Source: Nitrospinota bacterium (lineage in GTDB: Bacteria > Nitrospinota_A > UBA7883 > JADGGD01). Taken from it: a DNA stretch of 64,000 nt. The notes under the pieces are model-generated. The model worked only from the letters and a program-made list of their open reading frames with translations. It did no database searches and had not been told where the DNA came from. A program made the translations under genes and the position numbers. Below are positions 10,739-20,492 of this stretch, one piece after another; position 1 is the stretch's first letter, and every line of letters starts with the position of its first letter. Location of the stretch: assembly GCA_942491805.1 (NCBI GenBank), contig CALOCG010000022.1, positions 60,240 through 124,239 on the forward strand, given 5' to 3'.

Positions 10739-11590
10739 TTAGTCGAGCGATTTGATCGAATCGAGCCGCACCTTCTCGGGGAGAGCGATGTAGCCAGCCC
10801 CTTCGGCCAAAGCCTGCCCCTCTTTCGATAGCTCGTAGGCGATGAACTTTTTGGCCAGCCCTTTCGGTTTCCCGATGGTGTACTGGTAGAGCTTGCGGGA
10901 AACCGGATACGAGCCGTCGGCGATGGTCTCGGCCAAAGGCGCCACGCCGTCGACCTTGGCCAAGATCACCCCTTCGCCATAGGAGATGCCGCCGTAGCCG
11001 ATGCCGTTTTTGTCTTTGCTGACGGCGTTGACGACCGATGCGGTCCCCGGCATGTTCTGGCAGTCGGGGGCGTAATCTTTACCATCCATGACATGCTTTT
11101 TCACGTAGGCGTAGGTGCCGGAGTTGTTCTCGCGGCTGTAGCGGATGATCTGGTGATCGGCGCCGCCGACCTCCTTCCAGTTGTTGATGGCGCCGGTGTA
11201 GATCCCTTTGAGTTGCTCGACGGTGAGGCTGGTGACCGGGTTGGTCTTGTTCACATAAAAGGAGATGCCGTCAAGCGCGATGGCGACCTCAAAGACCTCG
11301 CCCCCCTTAGCTTCGATCATCTTCCGCTCTTTTTTCTTCATCGCCCGGGATGCGTCGGCGATATCGACCGAGCCGTTGATGATCGCCGCGATGCCGGTGC
11401 CAGACCCGCCACCGGTGACCTGGATGCTGGCGCCGGGGTTGGTTTTCATGTAGGTCGCCGCTTCGGAGGTGACCATTTCCAGCAGGGTGTCGGAGCCTTG
11501 GATGGTGATTTTCTCTTCGGCGCGGGCGGGAGCGGCGACGAGGCCGACGGCGGCCATGACGGCGACCGCAAAGTTAAGAGCGCGTTTCAT
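10739..11590 (-). CDS. pstS: Phosphate ABC transporter substrate-binding protein PstS
   Basis: Signal peptide plus the PBP2 PstS pattern (TIQGSDTL, GGGSGTGIAAI, YAYV). Confidence 0.9.
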   Translation of the reverse strand: MKRALNFAVAVMAAVGLVAAPARAEEKITIQGSDTLLEMVTSEAATYMKTNPGASIQVTGGGSGTGIAAIINGSVDIADASRAMKKKERKMIEAKGGEVFEVAIALDGISFYVNKTNPVTSLTVEQLKGIYTGAINNWKEVGGADHQIIRYSRENNSGTYAYVKKHVMDGKDYAPDCQNMPGTASVVNAVSKDKNGIGYGGISYGEGVILAKVDGVAPLAETIADGSYPVSRKLYQYTIGKPKGLAKKFIAYELSKEGQALAEGAGYIALPEKVRLDSIKSLD

Positions 11591-11812
11591 CGGTAATGTT
11601 TCCTCTTTCAGGTTTCGATCTCTTACCCGGCCCTCGTTTTAGGCGCCGGAATATGAAGCGACGGTACGAGGAGAGTCTAAACGTTCCAGAGGGTCATCGG
11701 GGTTAGGAAACGGTTAAAGAAGCGACCGCCCCCCCCTCCCGCCGGACCATGGACGATCCGACGCGATCGTCGCGTGGTTGAGCGGAAGCGAGAAGCGAAC
11801 GGCGATTGGAGA

Positions 11813-12472
11813 CTACACCTTGATGAACTCGCCGGTGCGGATGAAGAGGAGGTACGAAGCGGTCGATTTGATTTTGTCCCCCAGATTCTCGATCGACTTC
11901 ACGATCCGAATCATCCGGATGATCGACCGTTTGTCGAACTTCTCCAGCAACAACGACTCGTGCGCCTTCACGTTGGCCTGATTGACGTTGCCGTCGAGCT
12001 CCAGAATGAACTTAAGCGTATGCTCCGAGATATCTCTCCCGTCGAGGATGTCGATAGCCTTCTCAAGCATGACGATGCAGTTTTGCAACATCGAATCGAG
12101 CAGCAACCGCACCTCGTCGGAGACCGCATTGGGATCGAACTCGAGAATCTTCATCCAGTTCTCCGAGACGCTCTGGCAGAGATCGAGCATCGCCTCCGCC
12201 TCGTGGGCCACCACCGAATCGCAGACCACCGCCCGTTTCAACAACCCGGCCAAGAACAGTTTGCCGACGATCTCGGTCAGATCTTCGGTGATGCGGACCA
12301 TCTCCTTATCGGCGTTCTCTTCGAGCCCGAGGATCTGGTCGACGAGCCCTTGCGGCTCCTCCTCGCCGTTGATGAGACGGATCGTCAGGCGGCAGGCCTC
12401 TTGCGTCTGCGAGAGAAGCGACCGGAGCGCATCGCGGGTCCGCTTCATCTCGTCCATGATGATCTTTGCCAT
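11813..12472 (-). CDS. phoU: Phosphate signalling complex protein PhoU
   Basis: 219 aa, two-repeat PhoU helical layout. Sits between pstB and pstS. Confidence 0.9.
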   Translation of the reverse strand: MAKIIMDEMKRTRDALRSLLSQTQEACRLTIRLINGEEEPQGLVDQILGLEENADKEMVRITEDLTEIVGKLFLAGLLKRAVVCDSVVAHEAEAMLDLCQSVSENWMKILEFDPNAVSDEVRLLLDSMLQNCIVMLEKAIDILDGRDISEHTLKFILELDGNVNQANVKAHESLLLEKFDKRSIIRMIRIVKSIENLGDKIKSTASYLLFIRTGEFIKV

Positions 12473-12503
12473 AGGGGCGTTTCTTTCGTGAAGCGAGTGG
12501 GGG

Positions 12504-13280
12504 TTAACTGAATTTGCCGATGATATAGTCGGCGGTCAGGTTTTCCTTCGGGTTCGAGAACATATCGCTGGTCGTATCATACTCCACCAGCCTCCCCTCG
12601 TAAAAGAAGGCGGTCAGCTCCGCCACCCGTTGGGCCTGTTGCATGTTATGGGTCACCAGCACGATCGTATGGTCGCGGGCCAGATCGATCATCAACTGCT
12701 CCACCAACTGGGTCGATTTCGGATCGAGCGCCGAGCAGGGCTCGTCGAGGAGAAGAATCTCCGGCGCGTTGACGATGGCCCGGGCGATGCAGAGCCGTTG
12801 CTGCTGCCCCCCGGAAAGGGCCGTGGAGAGAGCGTCGAGCCGGTCGTAGACCTCGTCCCAAAGGGCCGCCTTCTCCAGAGCGTTTTGCACCTTTTCGCGG
12901 ATGAGCCGTTTGTCCCGCACCCCCGACGCCAGCAACGGCATCGCCACGTCTTGCGCGATGGTCTTGCCGGAGAAGGGGACCGGTTTCTGCATGACGTAGC
13001 CGATCCGGTCGCCCCTGAGGAGGCAAAGCTCGTACGGGTCGAGGGTCATCACGTCGGTCCCGTCGGCCATGACCACCGAACCGGTGTAGGTGCAGCCGAA
13101 CTCGTCGTTTAACCGATTAAGCCCTTTAAGGAACGACGATTTGCCGCACCCCGACGGGCCTATCAACGCCGTCACCTCGTTTTTCGGGAAGACGATGTCG
13201 ATCGATTGACACCCGACCACCTTGTTGGGGTAGATGACCGAGAACTTGAACGTCTGAAGCGCCCGTTCTTGTATTTCCAT
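12504..13280 (-). CDS. pstB: Phosphate ABC transporter ATP-binding protein PstB
   Basis: Walker A GPSGCGKSS, LSGGQQQR signature, PstB-specific N-terminus. Confidence 0.95.
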   Translation of the reverse strand: MEIQERALQTFKFSVIYPNKVVGCQSIDIVFPKNEVTALIGPSGCGKSSFLKGLNRLNDEFGCTYTGSVVMADGTDVMTLDPYELCLLRGDRIGYVMQKPVPFSGKTIAQDVAMPLLASGVRDKRLIREKVQNALEKAALWDEVYDRLDALSTALSGGQQQRLCIARAIVNAPEILLLDEPCSALDPKSTQLVEQLMIDLARDHTIVLVTHNMQQAQRVAELTAFFYEGRLVEYDTTSDMFSNPKENLTADYIIGKFS

Positions 13281-13287
13281 AAGACCG

Positions 13288-14184
13288 TTACCTGCTCATT
13301 TTTTTTCGGTGCATCCAGCGGATCACCTGACCGATAGAGTTGAAGCCGAAGGTCAGCGTCAGCAACACAAGCGTCGTCGCGTACTGAATCGGCAAGGTTT
13401 CGTCGACGTTGGGGGACTGGGTGCTCATGACGTAGATGTGGTAGCCAAGCTCCATGAACTGGTCGAGCACGTTCCCCGAAAAGTTCGGAATGAAGTAGGC
13501 CACCCCGACGAACAGAATCGGCGCCACCTCGCCGGCCCCGCGCGAGACCGAAAGGACGAGGCCAGTCAGAATCCCCCCCACCGCTTGCGGCAGGACGATC
13601 CATTTGACCACCTCCCACCGGGTGTAGCCGAGACAGATTCCGGCGTGGCGCTGTTCGTCGGAGACCAGCTTTAACGCTTCGGTGACCGAGATGACGTTGG
13701 TCGGAAGGGTCAGCGTTCCCATGGTCAGCGCCGCCCACATCAGGCACCGCTCCTGAAAGACCCGGTCGTAGCCGAAGAACCAGTCGAGCGCCCCCCCCAG
13801 CGCCATCACAAAAAAGGCGAGGCCGAAAAGACCGAAGACGATGGAGGGAACCGCCGCCAAGGTCCGCACCGAACTCATGACCGCGTTGTAGAGCCAGTTG
13901 CGCGAAGCGATCTCGTTCAGGTAGACGGCGATGATGGCGCCCAAAGGAACCGTCATCAGCGACATCAGAATCACCAGATAGGCGGTGCCGAGAATCATCG
14001 GGCCGATACCGCCGTCACTCATGTTCCCGGCGGGGGAGGAGGTGAGAAAGGCGAACGATATCCCGCCGACCCCTTTCACGAAGACCAGCCCCAGGATAAA
14101 AAGAGTGACCCCCACCACGATGGCGGCGGCGGTGTTGGCGACCGCTTTAAACGCGAACTCGTAGAGAAGCCGACGGTCACGCAT
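13288..14184 (-). CDS. pstA: Phosphate ABC transporter permease PstA
   Basis: Six TM helices. EAA-like loop. Position in the operon. Confidence 0.9.
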   Translation of the reverse strand: MRDRRLLYEFAFKAVANTAAAIVVGVTLFILGLVFVKGVGGISFAFLTSSPAGNMSDGGIGPMILGTAYLVILMSLMTVPLGAIIAVYLNEIASRNWLYNAVMSSVRTLAAVPSIVFGLFGLAFFVMALGGALDWFFGYDRVFQERCLMWAALTMGTLTLPTNVISVTEALKLVSDEQRHAGICLGYTRWEVVKWIVLPQAVGGILTGLVLSVSRGAGEVAPILFVGVAYFIPNFSGNVLDQFMELGYHIYVMSTQSPNVDETLPIQYATTLVLLTLTFGFNSIGQVIRWMHRKKMSR

Positions 14185-15203
14185 AGGTCCACTTCCTTAT
14201 CAATATCTGGGAGAGATAGTTGATCACGAAGGTAAAGAGGATCAACAGGAAGCCGAGGAAGAAAAGGACCGAATAGTGGGTCCAGCCGATGACCACCTCG
14301 GCCATCTCGGCGCCGATGGTGGCGGCGAAGGTCCGGGCGCCGCTGGTCAGACGGGCGTCGAGCACCGCCGCATTGCCGGAACACATCAGCACGATCATCG
14401 TCTCGCCGAAACAGCGGCCGAAGCCCAACAGGGCGGCGGCGAAAACCTTGCCGTAGGTGGCGGGGATAATCACCCGACCGATGACCTGATAGTCGTACAT
14501 CCCCACCGATTTGGCGGCGAGAATCTGGTCTTTCGAGTAGGAGGAGTAGATATCTTCGAAGAGGGTGGTCATGATCGGAATGACGATGAGCGACAAAACC
14601 GTCCCGGCCAGAGAAGGCGATGAGCCGATAGGTGCAGCCGAAGATCTCCTCAAAATAGGTAGCGAAGAGCATCAGCCCCAAGCCCAGCACCGCCGATGGT
14701 ATCCCGGCCAGCAGTTCGGCGATCACCTTCACGGCATAGCGAACGCGCCGGGGCAGATAAAAGGCGATGGCGATGGCGGTGAAAAAGGAAAGGACCACCC
14801 CTTCGGCCACGGCGACCATGGTGATCTTGAACGTCCCGGCCACCAACGGCCAAAGAGAGTAGGTCGCCTGATCGCTGACCGGTTGCCAGACCGTCTGTCC
14901 GAACATATTGTCGAGGGTCTGGAAGATCGACGCGTCCCGGTCGAATTCCTCTTCGTTTTCGGTGTCGTGGTAGAGGGACATCTCGTTCCGCTGGTCGACG
15001 TCGGTGAAGATCGGCAGCGACTCTTTGGCGACGAAGAGGAATATCGCCAAGACCATCACCACCGCCAAGGCGCCGCCGAGGAACAACACCGTGACGGCGA
15101 TGTTCTGCTCTCTTCGGCGTCGGGTCATCCAACCGGCCCGGTCGGGGCCGGGATTCTCCACGATCTCGGTGGCCGTTTCCGGCGCCGGTGTCGCCTCACC
15201 CAC
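14177..15203 (-). CDS. pstC: Phosphate ABC transporter permease PstC, interrupted by a one-base frameshift
   Basis: The N-terminal part (track ORF 14076..15203, up to ...LMLFATYFEEIFG) and the C-terminal part (ORF 14177..14653, AAPIGSSPSLAGTV...GETMIVLMCSGN) are both PstC-like but in different frames. The junction is at about 14640-14670. Confidence 0.8.
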
Positions 15204-15336
15204 CGACCGACACGGCCATCGGCCGCCCTCCCCTCCAGCGTCGTCTCCGCATGAAACCTCTCACTTTCTTGTTTTCTCTCATTATTCGTCGTACCATCGG
15301 TGCGCTTGCCCCACGACCCGGAGAGAGAGACCGTTC

Positions 15337-17034
15337 ATGGACATTTCGATCATTCTCGACATGGCCTTCCATGTCATCGGCGGATTGGGGATATTCCTCC
15401 TCGGGATGAAATATCTCTCCGAAGGGATTCAGGCGGTCGCCAGCCATCAGCTCCGTTCGCTCATCGGCTCCGTCACCAACAACCGCTTCGTTGCGGTGAC
15501 CGTCGGTCTTCTTTTCACCTGCATGGTGCAATCGTCGTCGATCACCACGGTCATGGTGGTCGGGCTGGTCAACAGCAGCGTCATGACCCTTGGTCAAGCC
15601 ATCGGCGTCATCATGGGCGCCAACATCGGCACCACCATCACCGGCTGGATTCTGGTCATCAAAATCGGCAAATACGGCCTCCCGATACTGGGAGGGGCGG
15701 CTCTCTTCCATCTGTTCGCCAAGAACGAACGGCTCCGCTTCATCGCCATGGTCGTCATGGGGGTCGGCATGGTCTTCTTCGGTCTCGAACTGATGAAAAA
15801 CGGCTTCAAGCCGATCCGTTCCATCCCCGAGTTCGCCCAGATGTTCGCCTACTTCCAAGCCGATAGCTATTTTGGCGTTCTGAAAGCCGCCGCCGTCGGA
15901 TGCGCGCTGACCTTCATCGTCCAATCGTCGTCGGCCACGCTGGCGATCACCATCGGGCTCGCCTCCACCGGAAGCATCGACTTCCCCACGGCGGCGGCTT
16001 TGGTGTTGGGCGAAAACATCGGCACCACCATCACCGCCTACCTCGCTTCGCTGGGCGCCACGCTGAACGCCCGTCGGGCCGCCTACGCCCATATCGTCTT
16101 CAACATGCTGGGGGTCTTCTGGATCACCTCCCTCTTCCCGATCTACCTCGAACTGGTGAAGGGGTTTTTGGATGTCGATCCCGGCGTGATGAAACTGGAC
16201 GGCGCCGGCATGGAGACGTTCCCTTATGTGGTCATGGGAATCGCCACGGTCCACAGCGGATTCAACGTGGCCAACACCCTCCTTTTCCTCCCCTTCATTC
16301 GGGTGTTGGAGCGAGGGCTGGTCCGCCTTTTCCCCGACCGGGGGGAAGAACGACCGATGCGGATGACAACCCTCGACGAGAATTTGCTGGAGACGCCGTT
16401 GGTGGCGCTGGAGACGATCCGTTCCGAGATCGGCCGGATGGGAGAAATCGTGCGGGAGATGATGGACCAGCTCGGCGAAGCGGCGTCGCAAGAGAAAATC
16501 GACCGGAAACTGGCCGACAAGCTTTTCCATCGGGAAGAGGTGCTCGATCAGGTCAAAAGCGAGATCACCGTCTTCATCACCGACCTGCTGGCCGCCGGGC
16601 TCCCCCACCAGATCACCGACGAGGGGCGACGCCAACTGGAAATCGTCGACGAACACGAATCGATCAGCGACTACGCCGTCCGGGCGCTCAAGCTCCACCT
16701 CCGTCTCCGCAACGACGGGGGCGCCCTCATCCCCGAAGACCGGGAGGGCCTGGGGGGCCTGCACGGCAGGGTGACCGACTACATCAGCCTCGTCACCACC
16801 TCCTTCGCCACCGGGGAGAACAAGATCCTCTTCAAGGCCCAACCCCAGTCGGAGGCCATCAACCACGAGATCCGGCGCTTGCGGGCGGCCCACGCCACCC
16901 ATATGGCCGCCGACAAACGGGATCCGGCGGTGACCATGATCTATTCCGATCTCCTTAACGACTACCGCCGGATGAAAGACCACGCCCTCTCCATCGCCCG
17001 CGATCTCGACGGTCGTCCCACCCTTCATCGCTAA
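15337..17034 (+). CDS. Na+/phosphate symporter, NptA/YjbB family, with a C-terminal PhoU-like domain
   Basis: Start MDISIILDMAFHVIGGLGIFLLGMKYLSEG with a GGAGAG RBS. Two Na_Pi_cotrans repeats (QSSS motifs) and a cytoplasmic helical tail. The track ORF 15004.. is over-extended at the 5' end. Confidence 0.85.
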   Translation: MDISIILDMAFHVIGGLGIFLLGMKYLSEGIQAVASHQLRSLIGSVTNNRFVAVTVGLLFTCMVQSSSITTVMVVGLVNSSVMTLGQAIGVIMGANIGTTITGWILVIKIGKYGLPILGGAALFHLFAKNERLRFIAMVVMGVGMVFFGLELMKNGFKPIRSIPEFAQMFAYFQADSYFGVLKAAAVGCALTFIVQSSSATLAITIGLASTGSIDFPTAAALVLGENIGTTITAYLASLGATLNARRAAYAHIVFNMLGVFWITSLFPIYLELVKGFLDVDPGVMKLDGAGMETFPYVVMGIATVHSGFNVANTLLFLPFIRVLERGLVRLFPDRGEERPMRMTTLDENLLETPLVALETIRSEIGRMGEIVREMMDQLGEAASQEKIDRKLADKLFHREEVLDQVKSEITVFITDLLAAGLPHQITDEGRRQLEIVDEHESISDYAVRALKLHLRLRNDGGALIPEDREGLGGLHGRVTDYISLVTTSFATGENKILFKAQPQSEAINHEIRRLRAAHATHMAADKRDPAVTMIYSDLLNDYRRMKDHALSIARDLDGRPTLHR

Positions 17035-17039
17035 CCGGT

Positions 17040-18778
17040 TCACGTCGTCGCCTCCCCCGCCGGGATCACCAGCGTGAAGACACTCCCCTCGCCGGGGATC
17101 GACTGAACCGTCACCCGCCCGCCGTGGGCCAGCGCCACGTTTTTCACGATGGAGAGGCCGAGCCCGGTCCCCCCTCGCGCCCGACTTCGGGCGGCGTCGA
17201 TTCGGTAGAACCGTTCGAATAGCCGGTCGATATGGGCTTTGTCGATGCCGACCCCATGATCCCGCACCGAAAGGTACAAGGTCTTCCCGGTCAGGGTGGC
17301 GGCCACATCGACGGCGCTCCCTTCCTCGGAGTGGACGATGGCGTTGTCGACGAGGTTCGTGACGGCCCGCTCCATCAGGGGGGAGTTGAGCCGCGCCACA
17401 AGGGTCTCGGCGCAATCGACATTGATCGTCACCTTCCGTTCGGTCGCTTTCGCGGTCAGGTCGGCGACCACTTCGGCGATGATCGGGGCCACCGCCTGTT
17501 CGGTCAGAGCCGCCTCCTCCCCTTCGCCGATCCGGTCGAGCCGGGCCAAGGAGAGGAGGTCTTCCACGATGGCGGCCAGCCGGTCGATCTGGCGTTGCGC
17601 CACGCCGAGGAACCGATGGGTCTGCTCCGGGTCGGAGAGATCGTCCTCCTGCAAGGTCTCCACATAACCCCGAATGGAAGTGATGGGGGTCCGCAATTCG
17701 TGGGAGACGTTGGCGGCGAAGTCGCGGCGTAAGTTTTCGAGCCGTCTTAGATCGGTGACGTCGCTGATGGTGGCCACGACGCCGCCGAAGACCCCTTGTC
17801 GAGGATGAGGGGGGTGATCACCAGTTGCAGGTTACGGGGCGTCGCCCCATGTTCGTAGATCACCTCCCGCTCCAGCGACGAGGGGGAGGATAAGGCATCG
17901 GTCAGGAATCGGAGAAGGTCGCCGTTGGGGAGGATATCGGTCAACGGGGTCGACGGGGCGACGTCGGTTCTGATGGAGAGGATGCGGCGCAAGGCCGGGT
18001 TGATCCGAATGACGCAGCCGTCGGCGTCGACGGCGATGACCCCCTCTTTCATCGAAGCCAAAATCGCCACGGCGCCCCGGTCGGTCTCGTCGGCGTCCGA
18101 GAGACGGTCGGCCAAGGCGGCGCCCATGCGGTTGAGCGATGCGGCGGCGTTGGCGAATTCGTCGATGGCGCCGCCGTAGACTTTCTGGTCGAACCGGGCC
18201 AAGGCGAACCGGGCCGCCCCTTGGTTCAACCGGTCGAGCCCGTCGATAACCACGGCACGGGTCCGCCACGCCACAAGCGCCCCCCCCCCCGCCGCCAGCG
18301 ACAGGAGGATCCCCCAGAAGAAAAAGCCGCCGAAGGCCCCCTCGGGGTTAACCCTTGAAAGAGCCACAGCGCCGATAACGCGCCCTTCGGAGACGATGGG
18401 CAAGGCGATGGCGAGCCGGTCATCCTCGCGCCAGACCGGGGCGCCCGCCAAAGCCGATTCGATCTCTTTTTCCGCAAGACCGACATCACCGGCGGCGCAC
18501 AGCCTGGCGCCGTCGGCGGCGACGATGGAGACGCCGAGAAATCCGTGGGTGACCACCCGACCGCAGACGGCGCCGAGCGACCGGGGGTGGCGGTCGATGA
18601 TCGGATCGACGGCCAGTTCCCGCAACAGATCCCCCTCCTGACGCAGGGCGTGGCGGGCCTCCTTGCGCAAGTTCCGGTTGGCCTGCTCGGAAAGGGGCAT
18701 GACCATCACCCCCAACGAAAAAGCCATCAACCCGAAAAGGAGGGGGAAGAGGCGTCCGAAGAGGGTCTGGCCGGACAT
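17040..18778 (-). CDS. phoR: Phosphate regulon sensor histidine kinase PhoR-like (TM, PAS, HisKA, HATPase), interrupted by a frameshift
   Basis: Sensor plus PAS in ORF 17747..18778. HisKA/HATPase (SHELRTP, GGTGLGL) in ORF 17040..17777. Adding one C to the CCCC run at 17792-17795 would restore ...LILDKGVFGGVVATISDVTDLRRLE... Confidence 0.85.
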
Positions 18779-18780
18779 GG

Positions 18781-19457
18781 TTACCCGTCGAACCGATAGC
18801 CGACTCCCCGGACCGTCAGGAGCCGAGCCCCCACGGAACCGAGTTTCCGGCGCAAAGCGGTCATATGGACGTCGACGGAGCGGTCGGTGACGGTCATCTC
18901 GCCGCCACGGATGTCGGCGACGATCTGCTGACGAGTCATCACTCCGCCACGCCGACGCAACAGGGCGTCGAGGATGGCGAACTCGGAAAAGGTGAGATCG
19001 AGGGGCGTTCCGTCGAGAATCGCTTCGTGCCGAACCCGGTCGACGACCAGACCGTCGATGGTGACGTTGTCGGCGGCGGCTTCGCCCTGCGCCCGTCGAA
19101 GGATGGTGGCGATCCGGGCGAGGAGGACTTTGCTGGAGAATGGTTTCACCACATAATCGTCGGCGCCGGCCTCCAGCCCCCGGATGATGTCTTCCTCTTC
19201 CCCCTTGGCGGTCAGCATGATAATCGGGGTCTCGGCGGTGGCCCGTTCTTTCCGCAACCGGGCGGCGATCTCCAACCCGGAGAGGCCGGGGAGCATCAGA
19301 TCAAGCAGGATCAGCGACGGGGGGGACGCCAGCGCTTTTTCGAGCCCCACTTCGCCGGTCAAGGCGGTGGCGTAGACGCCGTACCCCGCTTTCACAAGGC
19401 TGTGACGCAACAGCTCGATTGAGGACCCTCTTCGTCTTCGACCACCAGCATGTTCAT
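18781..19457 (-). CDS. phoB: OmpR-family response regulator PhoB-like, with a frameshift a few codons after the start
   Basis: Receiver (LILLDLMLPGLSG, TAKGEEEDI) and winged-helix (LTFSEFAILD, RGVGYRF) domains. The ATG at 19455-19457 gives MNMLVVEDEE, then a one-base slip near 19421-19433 moves into the IELLRHSL frame. The track merged it with nadC as 18781..20106. Confidence 0.8.
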
Positions 19458-19499
19458 CGGGCAGACCTTCAGCGGACCAGACTACGCGCATAGGTGGCG

Positions 19500-20413
19500 A
19501 TCTCCTGACAGAGGAGGCCGACTCCGCGTTAGCTTTCCGTTGGGCGAGGCGGATGGGCGGACAACCCCCTGCTCGGCCCAGTTCTACCTGCAACGAAAGG
19601 TCGGCGGCAGGCGCCGAGTGGGTGAGACTGCCGACCGAAATATAGCCGACCCCCGCTTTGGCGTAACGGGCGACGGTGGTCAGGCTCATGTTCCCGCTCG
19701 CTTCGGTCTCGGCTTTCCCGCCGACGATAGCGACCGCCTTCTTGACCATGGCCGGGGTCATGTTGTCGAGGAGGAGCCGATAGACCCCGGCTACTAAAGC
19801 TTGGCGGACTTCGGCTAAAGTCCTCGGTCTCGACTTCGACGAACCCCGGCTCGCCGACCATGGCGCGCGCCCCTTCCACTGCTTGGGCGATCTTCGGCGG
19901 CGGCGATATGGTCTTCTTGATCGAGATCGCCTCCGACAACCGCGCCGATGGTTCTGCCTTCCGGCGGTGACGGCGTATTTTCTTGGAGATCGCACCAGCG
20001 GGGTGGTCTTCCGGGTGTCGAGAATACCACCTGGTTCCTTTGACCTTCTCCACACGGTGAGGGCAGCGACGCCGGGCGTCGTTGCAGGAAGTTTGGCGGC
20101 GACCAACTGCTGGCTTCATCGACCGGGCTGACCGGTGACGGTGTCAACTTCGTCCCCTTCCTGGACCCGCTCGCCGTCGGCGTGGAGTTCGATCCCGATA
20201 CCCATATCGACCACCCGGAAGGTGGCGGCGAAGAGGGGCAATCCCGCCATCACCGCTTCTTCTTTGGCGGCAGGCAGTGCGACGCACCGACGCCCTCTCG
20301 GTGATGGTGGCGATGGAGGTGATATCCCCCTTCGGGGCGTCTTCCATGAGGGCCGCTTCGAGCGTCGGCGTGAAAGGGCGGGGGTTCAACGGTCGAAAGG
20401 CCCGTGCGGGCAT
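19500..20413 (-). pseudogene. nadC: Nicotinate-nucleotide pyrophosphorylase (quinolinate phosphoribosyltransferase) NadC, with multiple frameshifts
   Basis: NadC segments are recognisable across three frames: MPARAFRPL...GDITSIATITERA, AKEEAVMAGLPLFAATFRVVDMGIGIELHADGERVQEGD, NFLQR, VEKVKGTR, GGILDTRKTTP, DHIAAA, LAEVRQALVAGVYRLLLDNMTPAMVKKAVAIVGGKAETEASGNMSLTTVARYAKAGVGYISVGSLTHSAPAADLSLQVEL. At least five indels. Confidence 0.7.
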
Positions 20414-20492
20414 GGCGTTCCCTCGTGATAAGATGTGGTTCCGTTACCGAATGTTAAAGTATACGCGCCCCTTCACCCGCTGTGAAGAGACG

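Noticed and set aside
15204-15336. An E. coli-type Pho box (CTGTCAT repeats) in the pstC/nptA divergent region.
   Set aside because: There is no match to the enterobacterial consensus. Only vague direct repeats were seen, which are reported as a low-interest lead rather than a feature.
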